Below the pieces are notes generated by a model that did not search any database, was not told the origin of the DNA, and worked only from the letters and a program-made list of their open reading frames with translations. From the NCBI GenBank assembly GCA_016189905.1, contig JACPRP010000118.1, forward strand, positions 11,478-75,477: DNA of 64,000 nt, in the 5' to 3' direction. The DNA comes from Chloroflexota bacterium. GTDB lineage: Bacteria; Chloroflexota; UBA6077; FW602-bin22; JACPRP01. The position numbers and the translations under genes were made by a program. Of the stretch, positions 8,937-17,233 are shown one piece after another (positions within the stretch are counted from its first letter, which is position 1; each line of letters starts with the position of its first letter).

Positions 8937-10165
8937 GGTGTCGCCGGTCTTACCTCAGAAACGCTCGTCTTCGGCGGGCGAATTGAGAAAATAATGATTG
9001 CGCCGAATGTCGAGATGGCCGCGAGAAATGGAAACACCATCGCCACGCCAAAGTTGTCGGAGACGGCGCCGGCGATCACCGATGCTATCGACGAGGTGAG
9101 CACGGTAAACGTATTCACGTAGCCGATGGAAGCGCTGCGGTAAATCAAGGGCATGACGTCGACCACATAGGTGATGATGATGGGGAAGGCCCCGCCAAGG
9201 AACAGCCCAGACAATGCGATGGCGATGATTAGCTGCTGAGTCGACGTGAAACGGTTCAAAAAGAATAGCGCGACGGCGGAGGTGAAGACTACGCCGATGA
9301 TCACCGGCCTGCGTCCGATCCGGTCCGAAAGATAGCCAAACACCGGCACCATCGGTATTCCCATCCCGTTCAGCAGCGCCACGGCGTAGCCCCCGAAGGT
9401 CACATCCATCCCTAGATTGTTTACCAGATAAAGCGGCAGGAACGCCGCTGTTACGACGCCGCAGGTCGTGATCGTTCCGGCGCACGTCCCGAGCACGATC
9501 AGGAAGCGATTCCGAATCACTTTCCTGAACAGCTCTTTCGCCGGTAGAAGGGTTCCCTTTTGCTCCGACGCTGGGTCCTTGGCCTTTCTCCAGAACAGAA
9601 CGGACGTTACCAGCGCGATCGCCGCAAAGGCGTAAAAGAGGAAAGCCCAGCCTAAGGCCACCAGCGTTAGCCCGGCCAGTGCGGGCGCCAGAAATCTGCC
9701 GGAGCCGGCGCCGAGGCCGGTGTGCAAGCTCACCGCGGTGCCGCGCTCTTCTTTGCTGAAATAAGCGGTGATCAATGCTATGCCAGGGGCAAAGTAGGTC
9801 CCGAAGGCGATGCCCGTCATAAACCTGGCTATTGTGATCTCCACGAAGTTCCTGGCGAACGTCGTCAGAGCGAGAGTGATCGCTAGCCAGAGGAGGCCTC
9901 CCAGAATCAGCGGTTTTCTCTTGAAGAGATCGCTGATGTAGCCCGCGAGGAGCAGCGTGGTGGCATACCCAACGTTATATGCGCCTACCACGACACCCGC
10001 CTCTGTATATGTCAGTTGTAACTCGTCCTTGATGATCGGGAGGGCCGGCAGTAGAATCTGTCGCGCGGCGTGGTAAAGGGAAAAGCACATACAGCACAGG
10101 GCTAGAACGAGATAGCGATCCTCGATGTGGAACGATCGCCGTCTCCTCAGTGCTGTCTCACCCAT
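8933..10165 (-). CDS. MFS transporter
   Basis: Twelve TM segments; GYISDLFKRK and GYLSDRIGRR motif A in both halves. Confidence 0.93.
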   Translation of the reverse strand: MGETALRRRRSFHIEDRYLVLALCCMCFSLYHAARQILLPALPIIKDELQLTYTEAGVVVGAYNVGYATTLLLAGYISDLFKRKPLILGGLLWLAITLALTTFARNFVEITIARFMTGIAFGTYFAPGIALITAYFSKEERGTAVSLHTGLGAGSGRFLAPALAGLTLVALGWAFLFYAFAAIALVTSVLFWRKAKDPASEQKGTLLPAKELFRKVIRNRFLIVLGTCAGTITTCGVVTAAFLPLYLVNNLGMDVTFGGYAVALLNGMGIPMVPVFGYLSDRIGRRPVIIGVVFTSAVALFFLNRFTSTQQLIIAIALSGLFLGGAFPIIITYVVDVMPLIYRSASIGYVNTFTVLTSSIASVIAGAVSDNFGVAMVFPFLAAISTFGAIIIFSIRPPKTSVSEVRPATP

Positions 10166-10247
10166 CCTTGATGCGATGACCTCCTCGCGGAACTACCAAT
10201 GCTGCGCCACGAGCGCAAAGAAACTATGATCCTCTTCGGAGGGGTAG

Positions 10248-10946
10248 CTATTTGCGACGGAACAGACCGAGAAAGCGATCTTCGTATTCGCCAAAAACAC
10301 CCCATCTGTCCAGCTCGGCCTTCAATTCCTGCGCTGGCATGCCGCCGCGCTCGACGGCGGTGAACATCTCGTCGATTCGTATCCGCGCGGCTCGCGGCAA
10401 CCCGCGATCGGCGCTGAGCAGACCTCTCTGGCCAAGCTCCCCAACGTTTTGGCCCAGCGACTGGAGCGTCAGCTCATAGATGAACTTCATCAGTGAGATA
10501 TCCCAGAGGTGGTCCACCCCCTGAATGATCGCCGAGAGGGCTTCCCCATCTTTCTCCAACTGATCGTTCAACCGGCCAGCGACGACCTTGGGAGGCTCGG
10601 AAACTATGCTGGTTTCCTGCAGCTCGTTGTGATACGAATACAGTAGGGCTGGCGAATGAGCACCGTGCATGTTGAGCAGGTACTGGGCATACTCCTGCCC
10701 GTGCTCGAAGCCACGGAAGAGGCTCAGAAGATAATAAGGCGTGACTATCTGCGGTCGTTCCGCGGTCACCTTTCCTTTTCTCACGACCGTCTCGGATGTC
10801 TGTTCTTCAAGTTCAGCGTAAACCGGCTCGGTTAAGAGATAGTAGGTTATTGCCGTTACGCCGAATGTGGCCAGAACCTGTTTGGGCAGCCTCAGCACCT
10901 CGGTGTTCCTGGCAACCTCTAGAATTATTTCGGGATCGATGGACAT
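10248..10946 (-). CDS. Conserved hypothetical protein
   Basis: Long ORF with a protein-like composition, RBS AGGAAG, and a promoter TTGCAA-N17-TAGAAT at 11001-11029. Confidence 0.75.
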   Translation of the reverse strand: MSIDPEIILEVARNTEVLRLPKQVLATFGVTAITYYLLTEPVYAELEEQTSETVVRKGKVTAERPQIVTPYYLLSLFRGFEHGQEYAQYLLNMHGAHSPALLYSYHNELQETSIVSEPPKVVAGRLNDQLEKDGEALSAIIQGVDHLWDISLMKFIYELTLQSLGQNVGELGQRGLLSADRGLPRAARIRIDEMFTAVERGGMPAQELKAELDRWGVFGEYEDRFLGLFRRK

Positions 10947-11000
10947 TGGCCTGCTTCCTGGTTCCAGTTTGCTGATGGCTTACCTCCAGCCACCGGCCCT

Positions 11001-11095
11001 ATTCTAACCTTTACTAACCTGAGTTGCAAGTGGGCTGGCCCGCTTGCGTACTAGGTTTCATTCTTGCTTGACATTGCGTCAAAACCGATTATTAT
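11001..11095. promoter_or_regulatory. Divergent sigma70-type promoters
   Basis: Minus strand TTGCAA-N17-TAGAAT (11029-11001); plus strand TTGACA-N16-TATTAT (11068-11095). Confidence 0.55.
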
Positions 11096-11182
11096 ATAGG
11101 GAAGTATCTTGCAAGAGCCGGCAGAGTCGAGAGCCTTCCTGGAAGCTCGTGAGATTGTATATCGAAATTAGAGAGGTGGAGG

Positions 11183-11818
11183 ATGGTAGTAATCACGATA
11201 TCTCGGCAACTCGGGAGTGGCGGTGGTGACGTTGGCAGAAGACTGGCCGAAAAGCTGGGCATCCCTTTCGTTGACGACGAGATCGTCAGCCGGGCGGCTA
11301 ATCTTGCCGGTGTGTCTCAGGATGCGTTAAGCGATGCGGATGAGCGCAGGCCTACGCTGCTCTCGCACATCGCTGACCTGCTGGCTCGATATCCGACTGC
11401 TGCGGAGCTAGGCGTCCCTGCTGTCGACATTGAGCCGTCGCTGACCCAGGATACCTATCGACATTTGATCGAGGATGTTATCAAGGATATCGCGAGCAAG
11501 GGCAGCGCTGTCATAGTGGGACGTGGCAGTCAGATGATTCTGCGAGGCAAACCCGACGCGCTTCACGTGCACGTGTATGCCCCGTTCGAGACCCGCGTGA
11601 AACGGCTTATGGAGCGAGATGCGATTGGCCGTGCAGAGGCAGAGAAGAAGGCGCGCGAGAGCGATCGCGATCGAAGTGGATACATCAAGGGATTTTACAG
11701 GTCCGATTGGCAGAACCCTGATCTCTACGCGCTGATGATCAACACTGGCAGGCTGGATGTCGAAACCTCGGTGGACCTGATCATCGCCGCGACCAGGGCG
11801 ACTGTCGGGAACATTTAG
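11183..11818 (+). CDS. Cytidylate kinase-like family protein
   Basis: ITISRQLGSGG P-loop, VIVGRG, HVHVYAP, D..R..Y...FY..DW. Confidence 0.88.
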   Translation: MVVITISRQLGSGGGDVGRRLAEKLGIPFVDDEIVSRAANLAGVSQDALSDADERRPTLLSHIADLLARYPTAAELGVPAVDIEPSLTQDTYRHLIEDVIKDIASKGSAVIVGRGSQMILRGKPDALHVHVYAPFETRVKRLMERDAIGRAEAEKKARESDRDRSGYIKGFYRSDWQNPDLYALMINTGRLDVETSVDLIIAATRATVGNI

Positions 11819-12921
11819 TGCTGGATACCGCTAGGTACTGGGTCGGTTTTACTCTCGTTCCCGGTATAGGACCTGTCAGGCTCCGCCGCCTGCTGGATCA
11901 CTTTGGCGATATCGAGCGTGCCTGGCGAGCCGACCCACATCACTATGCCCGGGCCGGGCTGGATGCTAAATTGGCCGAAGCGCTTGTCGCGGCAAGAGGG
12001 CGCGTCGACCTCGACGAGCAGATGCGGCGAATCGCACGGCACGGGGTGGATATCCTCACATGGGATGATTCTCGTTACCCCGAGCGCCTGAAACACATCT
12101 ATGCCTCTCCTTCCGTGCTGTACCTGAAGGGAGAGATTCTTCCCCAGGATGACTGGTCAATCGCTGTCATCGGTACCAGACGAGCGTCGATCTATGGAAA
12201 GCAGGTCACAGAGCAATTAGTCGCTGGTCTGGTGGCCAACCATATCACGATACTGAGTGGACTGGCCCGAGGCATCGATTCTTACGCCCATCAGGCCTGT
12301 TTAGATGCTGGCGGAAGAACTATCGCCGTGCTTGGCAGCGGCCTCGACGTGATATATCCGCCGGAGAACGCCAGGCTTGCTCGCCGAATCATAGACAACG
12401 GCGCCTTATTGTCGGAGTATCCTTTGGGGACCAAGCCCGACGCGAACAACTTTCCGCAGCGCAACCGGATCGTCAGCGGAATGAGCCTGGGCACGCTCGT
12501 GGTCGAAGGTGATACGGGAAGCGGCGCGATGCTCACCGCGGGGTTCGCCCTGGACCAGGGGCGTGAAGTTTTCGCCGTGCCGGGCAGCATCTTCCATCAT
12601 ACGAGCAAGGGTACGAATAAGCTGATCCAGCGCGGAGCGGCGAAGCTGGTGGTTACTGCCCAGGATATCCTGGAAGAGCTGAACCTGACGATGGCTCCGC
12701 AGCAGATGGAGATGCGAGAGTTGCTGCCGGAAAACCCTGCTGAGGCGGCTGTTTTGCGTGCGCTATCTGTCGAGCCAGTTCACATCGACGAGATATGCCG
12801 GGCATCGGGCCTGGCGATCTCGGAGGTCAGCGCTTCCCTTGCAATGATGGAGCTCAAGGGTATGGTGAAACACCTCGGCGGCATGAACTACGTACTGGGT
12901 CAGGCCCGTAGGGCCAAATAG
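11818..12921 (+). CDS. dprA: DNA-processing protein DprA
   Basis: GIGP N-terminus, AVIGTR, SGLARGID, FPQRNRIVSG, GREVFAVPG and C-terminal winged helix MELKG. Confidence 0.96.
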   Translation: MLDTARYWVGFTLVPGIGPVRLRRLLDHFGDIERAWRADPHHYARAGLDAKLAEALVAARGRVDLDEQMRRIARHGVDILTWDDSRYPERLKHIYASPSVLYLKGEILPQDDWSIAVIGTRRASIYGKQVTEQLVAGLVANHITILSGLARGIDSYAHQACLDAGGRTIAVLGSGLDVIYPPENARLARRIIDNGALLSEYPLGTKPDANNFPQRNRIVSGMSLGTLVVEGDTGSGAMLTAGFALDQGREVFAVPGSIFHHTSKGTNKLIQRGAAKLVVTAQDILEELNLTMAPQQMEMRELLPENPAEAAVLRALSVEPVHIDEICRASGLAISEVSASLAMMELKGMVKHLGGMNYVLGQARRAK

Positions 12922-13058
12922 TTCTTGGTGCGATAATGAACCGTGGTGGTCCTTCGGAGAAGGATCTCTGACCGCCTGGGCTATCCATTTACCCATAACT
13001 CCATCTGCCCCACGGACGCACGGAGGGGAATGTAGCCGCAGGTCTTCCTCTCCGAGAT

Positions 13059-13163
13059 GGCCCGCTCCTTTTGCATTGGATTGGAGCGGGCCGAGCCGCG
13101 TTCCGTTTGCTATGGGATGGAACGCGACGATGGCGGCTCCATTTGCAGTATGATTGGGCCGCC
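13059..13163. ncRNA. Candidate structured RNA: three tandem hairpins with a shared loop motif
   Basis: Stems 13059-13092, 13097-13126 and 13132-13163 have different sequences; each encloses 14 nt containing TTTGC...GAT. Confidence 0.45.
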
Positions 13164-13251
13164 CGGGGGGCGATATCTATTTCCGCACTAGAAACAAGAT
13201 AGCGGTGCAAGTCCCAACCGAAGACGGGGGATCGGGGAAGGGTAGCAGTGG

Positions 13252-13359
13252 CTACCCTGTCACCTTCGACCACACCCAGAAGAAAACGTACAGTACAACA
13301 GGTATGCCAACGGCAAATATGGCTGCGTTTTGGAGCGTTAACCTGACGGCCTCGTCCAT
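13252..13359 (-). CDS. Small single-pass membrane protein (35 aa), below the ORF-track cutoff
   Basis: MDEAVRLTLQNAAIFAVGIPVVLYVFFWVWSKVTG*; RBS GAGGAGGTGA at 13371-13380; promoter at 13427-13455. Confidence 0.7.
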   Translation of the reverse strand: MDEAVRLTLQNAAIFAVGIPVVLYVFFWVWSKVTG

Positions 13360-13426
13360 AGCGATCTACATCACCTCCTCGAGTTCACGCCCGTGGCCCA
13401 TATGCTTTTCGATGAGCGCGAGACTT

Positions 13427-13455
13427 AGTATATCACCACAGTCCTTTGCCGGCAA
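13427..13455 (-). promoter_or_regulatory. Sigma70-type promoter for the small membrane protein
   Basis: TTGCCG-N17-TATACT with extended -10 TG. Confidence 0.6.
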
Positions 13456-13458
13456 CAG

Positions 13459-15231
13459 CTAAGCCGCCCGTTTTGGCCCACCAGGTTTCCTTTGTGGGGC
13501 CTCACCCGCTACTAATTGCTGCGCCTCGTACATCTCGATGATCTCTTGTTCGGTCGTGGCGTCCTCGGGTCCTTTGTCCCAGCGAAAACTGATAACCCTG
13601 GGGAATCGCAGCGCGTAGCCAGGCTCTTTGCCCACTTTGCCACACGTGTGGCGTGGGCTTCTGGTTATTTCGTCGGCTCGAACCTCGACCACGTATCTAG
13701 GCTCTGTCCAGACGTCTGGTACGATCGACGAATCGACGCGACCCGGCACGCCCGATGACCGGTTCTCGTCGAGCAGGCGCCTCATCTCTGCCCACTCGAC
13801 CTCGGTCAGGCCGGAGCCAATCTTAGTCACGGTGCGGAACCTATCGTGCTCCGGATCGTAGATAGCCCCGACCAGCGAGCCTATGCCAAACCTGGCCCTC
13901 TTCCCTTTGCCGGTGAGATACCCGACGATCACGACATCCACGGTGTCGCGCAGTTCGGCGTGGTAGCCTCGCTTCAGTTTGACCCAATTGAAGTTGCGCT
14001 GCCCCGCCTGGTAGACCCCCCCCAGCCTCTTGACGACGATACCCTCGAGCCCGCGCGTGACGTTTTCCTCAAAGAAGCGTTCGAGCTCTTCCGTCTTGTC
14101 GGTAACCACCTGTTCCGTGATCTGTATCGGGTCGCCGGCGGTCCACCTCAGGATTTCTTCGAGCCGCTGGCGACGGAGGGAGAGTGGTTTCTGCGTGAGG
14201 TCTTCGTCGTCGAAGTAAAGCAGATCGAAGGCGAAATACCGCAGCGGATAGCGGGCTCCCATCACCTCGATGCCGTACTTGCGTTTTCTGCGTACGGTCA
14301 CTTGAAATGGCAGGAACTCGCCGGTTTCGGGGTTGTATACCACGGCCTCGCCGTCGATAATGGCCCGTTCCGTCGTGATCTGATGTTCGGTCGCTTTGGC
14401 CAGCTCAGGGAACATACCCGTTACGTCCTCGAGTCGTCGCGTGAAGAAACGAATCTGGGCGTCGTCCTTATGAAGCTGCAGCCGCAGGCCATCGTACTTC
14501 GGCTCGGCGGCGACCATGCCCATTTTTCTTACGATTGCGTCGGGTGATGGCAGACGCTCGGCGAGAGCGGCGAGAATAGGCTTGCCAACTTGCGGCCTGA
14601 TCGTGTCCAGGGCTTTTTCTTCTTGAGTGAGCAGCAATCTGCCGACAAGTCCCAGATCGGAGCAGATGCTGTAGACGCGCTCGATTCTCTCTCTGATTCC
14701 GCGCCCACCGACGGCCGCCTCAGAGAGCGCGTCCATAATCGTGGCGTCGCCGACGCCCAGGCGCAGTTTCCCCTGCAATATGCGTAGAATATAGCGCGCC
14801 TCGATCCCGCTCGCCCGTTTGATCAAGTCGGTCAAGACCGCGACCTTGCGCTCGTGTGCGCCAGCACCGGTCGCATTAGCTATGCGGTTGAGCGCATCGA
14901 AGACGGCGCCGAAATCGAGGCGCTCGCCTGAGCCGTGCGCCAGCTCCTCAGCCGTCAACCCCAGGTCGCCCTTCTCCTTGTATAGCCTCTCAACCCTGTC
15001 GTGGGGAACTCCCGAGGCATTCGTCAGCGCGAGTAGGATGAGCCTCTCGTCTACGCCGAAATCAGGGGCCGCGTATGGAGGTCCAAGGCGCCCGTGCAGC
15101 AGGTAGATTAGCTTGTCGATCTGTTCCTTCGGCGTTTCGCGGAAAAGCTTGCCGAGGATGCCGCTCATTCCGTGCCGTCTGGACGTGGCCTCTAATGCCT
15201 GGAAAGCCTCGGCAACTCGCTTCATCTTCAT
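13459..15231 (-). CDS. lig: ATP-dependent DNA ligase (DBD-adenylation-OB, archaeal/LigB-like)
   Basis: EPKYDG motif I, IDGE, FDLL, EGIVVK, WVKLK, LRFPR; N-terminal DBD with LRLGVG. Confidence 0.95.
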   Translation of the reverse strand: MKMKRVAEAFQALEATSRRHGMSGILGKLFRETPKEQIDKLIYLLHGRLGPPYAAPDFGVDERLILLALTNASGVPHDRVERLYKEKGDLGLTAEELAHGSGERLDFGAVFDALNRIANATGAGAHERKVAVLTDLIKRASGIEARYILRILQGKLRLGVGDATIMDALSEAAVGGRGIRERIERVYSICSDLGLVGRLLLTQEEKALDTIRPQVGKPILAALAERLPSPDAIVRKMGMVAAEPKYDGLRLQLHKDDAQIRFFTRRLEDVTGMFPELAKATEHQITTERAIIDGEAVVYNPETGEFLPFQVTVRRKRKYGIEVMGARYPLRYFAFDLLYFDDEDLTQKPLSLRRQRLEEILRWTAGDPIQITEQVVTDKTEELERFFEENVTRGLEGIVVKRLGGVYQAGQRNFNWVKLKRGYHAELRDTVDVVIVGYLTGKGKRARFGIGSLVGAIYDPEHDRFRTVTKIGSGLTEVEWAEMRRLLDENRSSGVPGRVDSSIVPDVWTEPRYVVEVRADEITRSPRHTCGKVGKEPGYALRFPRVISFRWDKGPEDATTEQEIIEMYEAQQLVAGEAPQRKPGGPKRAA

Positions 15232-15261
15232 AAGCGCACCTCCCATCGCCCCGCCTCTTCG

Positions 15262-16992
15262 TCAAGCGGCGGCCCGTCCGGGATGTAGTCGCCGCAACAG
15301 GCGGTCTAGCGATAGGGTGTTGAGGACATCTTTCTTCTCTAGCCACCCACGTCGTGCGGTGCCGACACCGTACTTGACGAAGCGGAGCTGATCCTTGTTA
15401 TGGGCATCGCTATCGATGACCAGAATCGCCCCCATCTCTTTTGCGCGCCGCGCCCAGACATCGTCGATGTCGAGGCGGTCGGGCTGACTGTTGATCTCCA
15501 GAGCGGTGCCTGTTTCCACTGCCACCTTGATTACGGCTTCCAGATCCACGCCATAACCGGGCCGCTTATCCAGCAGCCGCCCGCGCGGGTGGTTCAGCAC
15601 GTCCACGTTGGGATTGCGAATGGCCCTGATTATCCTGTCGGTTATCTTTTCGCGGAATTGGCCGAAGCCGGTGTGAATCGAAGCCGTGACGACGTCGAAA
15701 CTGCGCAAGACGGCATCAGCGTAGTCGAGAGTTCCGTCACCACGAATGTTCACCTCTGTCCCGCGCAATATGCGAAACGGGGCGTACTTCTGGTTGAGCC
15801 GATCGATGAGCCGTCCCTGCTCCACGATGGCCTCCAACGATAGTCCTCGTGCTACGCTAAGGCTAATGGAATGATCGGTGATGGCCATGTATTCGTAGCC
15901 CAGTTCACGCGCGGCTTCGACCATCGTTTTCAGCGAATCGGTGCCATCGCTCCAGTTCGTGTGGACGTGCAGATCGCCACGGAGATCCCCGATCTCGATG
16001 AGTTTGGGAAGACGCCCTTCGGCGGCAGCCTCTATCTCGCCGCGATTCTCTCTCAGCTCCGGTGGTATCCACTGAAGCCCCATAATGCGATAGATTTCTT
16101 CTTCGCTTTCGCCGCCGAGCCGCTTGCCCGTCCTGGTGTCGAAGATGCCGTATTCGCTCAGCTTGAGGCCTTTGCGAATTGCGATCTCGCGCAGCGCGAT
16201 GTTATGCTCTTTTGAGCCGGTGAAATACTGCAAGGCCGAGCCGTATTCGGCAGGCTTGATCACGCGCAAGTCGATCTGGAGATTCGAGCGAGTAAGTATG
16301 CTTGACTTGGTTGGGCCCCTGGCCAGCACTTCTTTGACCATGGGCAGCGAGACGAAGGCGTCCATAACCTCCGTCGGCCTGGTCGAGGCGACGAGGATAT
16401 CGATATCGCCAATCGTCTCTTTCATACGGCGGATGCTGCCCGCCGGGTCGATGCGTTCGACCGCCAGATAACGCTCCAACAGCCCGGCCACTTCCTCCGC
16501 CGCCGGCAACGCCACGCCAAGGAGCAGCCGATGCGTGCGCTCCTGGAGACGCTCGATTTCACGCAGAATCCTGTCCTCTGTCTTTTCCCTGATGCCGGGT
16601 ATTTTGCTTAGCTTGTGCTGCCGTGCGGCTTCGGCCAGTTGCGCCACGCTGGTTATGCCCAGGTTTTCATAGATCGCTTGCGCCCGGCGGGGACCTAGTC
16701 CGGGAACGGTGAGCAGCTCGGCGAGGCCCGGGATGACCTGCGACTTCAGCTCCTCGTAGTAGGCGAGCTGGCCCGTCTTCAGGTATTCCGCTATCTTGGC
16801 CGCGATCGACTCTCCGACCCCTGGAATGTTCTGAAGCCGGCCCCGCTCGGCGATAGCCGTGATGTCTTCTGCCATAGCCTCGATGTGCCGCGCCGCTTCG
16901 CGATACGCGCGAATGCGATAAGGGCTCTCACCCTTTATCTCGAGCAGATCGGCGATCTTATTTAGCAAATCGGCGATTTCTTTGTTGCGAAT
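15262..16992 (-). CDS. polX: DNA polymerase X with PHP 3'-5' exonuclease domain; probable ATT start
   Basis: GSIRRMKETIGDIDIL, IDLR, YFTGSKEHN, DLHVHT, ITDHS, EIN..PDRLD, DSDAH. Confidence 0.95.
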   Translation of the reverse strand: MRNKEIADLLNKIADLLEIKGESPYRIRAYREAARHIEAMAEDITAIAERGRLQNIPGVGESIAAKIAEYLKTGQLAYYEELKSQVIPGLAELLTVPGLGPRRAQAIYENLGITSVAQLAEAARQHKLSKIPGIREKTEDRILREIERLQERTHRLLLGVALPAAEEVAGLLERYLAVERIDPAGSIRRMKETIGDIDILVASTRPTEVMDAFVSLPMVKEVLARGPTKSSILTRSNLQIDLRVIKPAEYGSALQYFTGSKEHNIALREIAIRKGLKLSEYGIFDTRTGKRLGGESEEEIYRIMGLQWIPPELRENRGEIEAAAEGRLPKLIEIGDLRGDLHVHTNWSDGTDSLKTMVEAARELGYEYMAITDHSISLSVARGLSLEAIVEQGRLIDRLNQKYAPFRILRGTEVNIRGDGTLDYADAVLRSFDVVTASIHTGFGQFREKITDRIIRAIRNPNVDVLNHPRGRLLDKRPGYGVDLEAVIKVAVETGTALEINSQPDRLDIDDVWARRAKEMGAILVIDSDAHNKDQLRFVKYGVGTARRGWLEKKDVLNTLSLDRLLRRLHPGRAAA

Positions 16993-17063
16993 GGCCCGTC
17001 CTCCAAAGATGTGCGGTGTCCGGATCACACCATTTTGCGAAAGAATTGGACGGCCGACGTTCT

Positions 17064-17110
17064 GTAGGGGCGCGCTTCATCGCGTCCCGCGCTTCATCGC
17101 GTCGCGCGAT
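17064..17110. repeat. GTAG-type REP element with internal duplication
   Basis: GTAGGGGCGCGCTTCATCGCGTCC followed by a second CGCGCTTCATCGCGTC. Confidence 0.6.
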
Positions 17111-17158
17111 GGCTCGAACGCCCAACCTTCACACAAACCACCTTATTGCCTACCGTCG

Positions 17159-17175
17159 TGCAAGAAGGGTGCCAG
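17159..17175 (-). promoter_or_regulatory. Sigma54 -24/-12 promoter for polX-lig
   Basis: Minus strand CTGGCACCCTTCTTGCA (GG-N10-GC, near consensus). Confidence 0.75.
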
Positions 17176-17181
17176 TTCCCG

Positions 17182-17198
17182 CTGGTACATTTCTTGCG
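17182..17198 (+). promoter_or_regulatory. Sigma54 -24/-12 promoter for gap
   Basis: CTGGTACATTTCTTGCG (GG-N10-GC); predicted start site about 25 nt before the ATG. Confidence 0.7.
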
Positions 17199-17233
17199 CC
17201 TTGCTGCTGAATCAAATAATTTGGAGGTGATAG

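Noticed and set aside
13059-13163. Possible mini-CRISPR
   Set aside because: The stems differ in sequence, the linkers are only 4-5 nt, and there are no cas genes. Kept as an ncRNA candidate instead.
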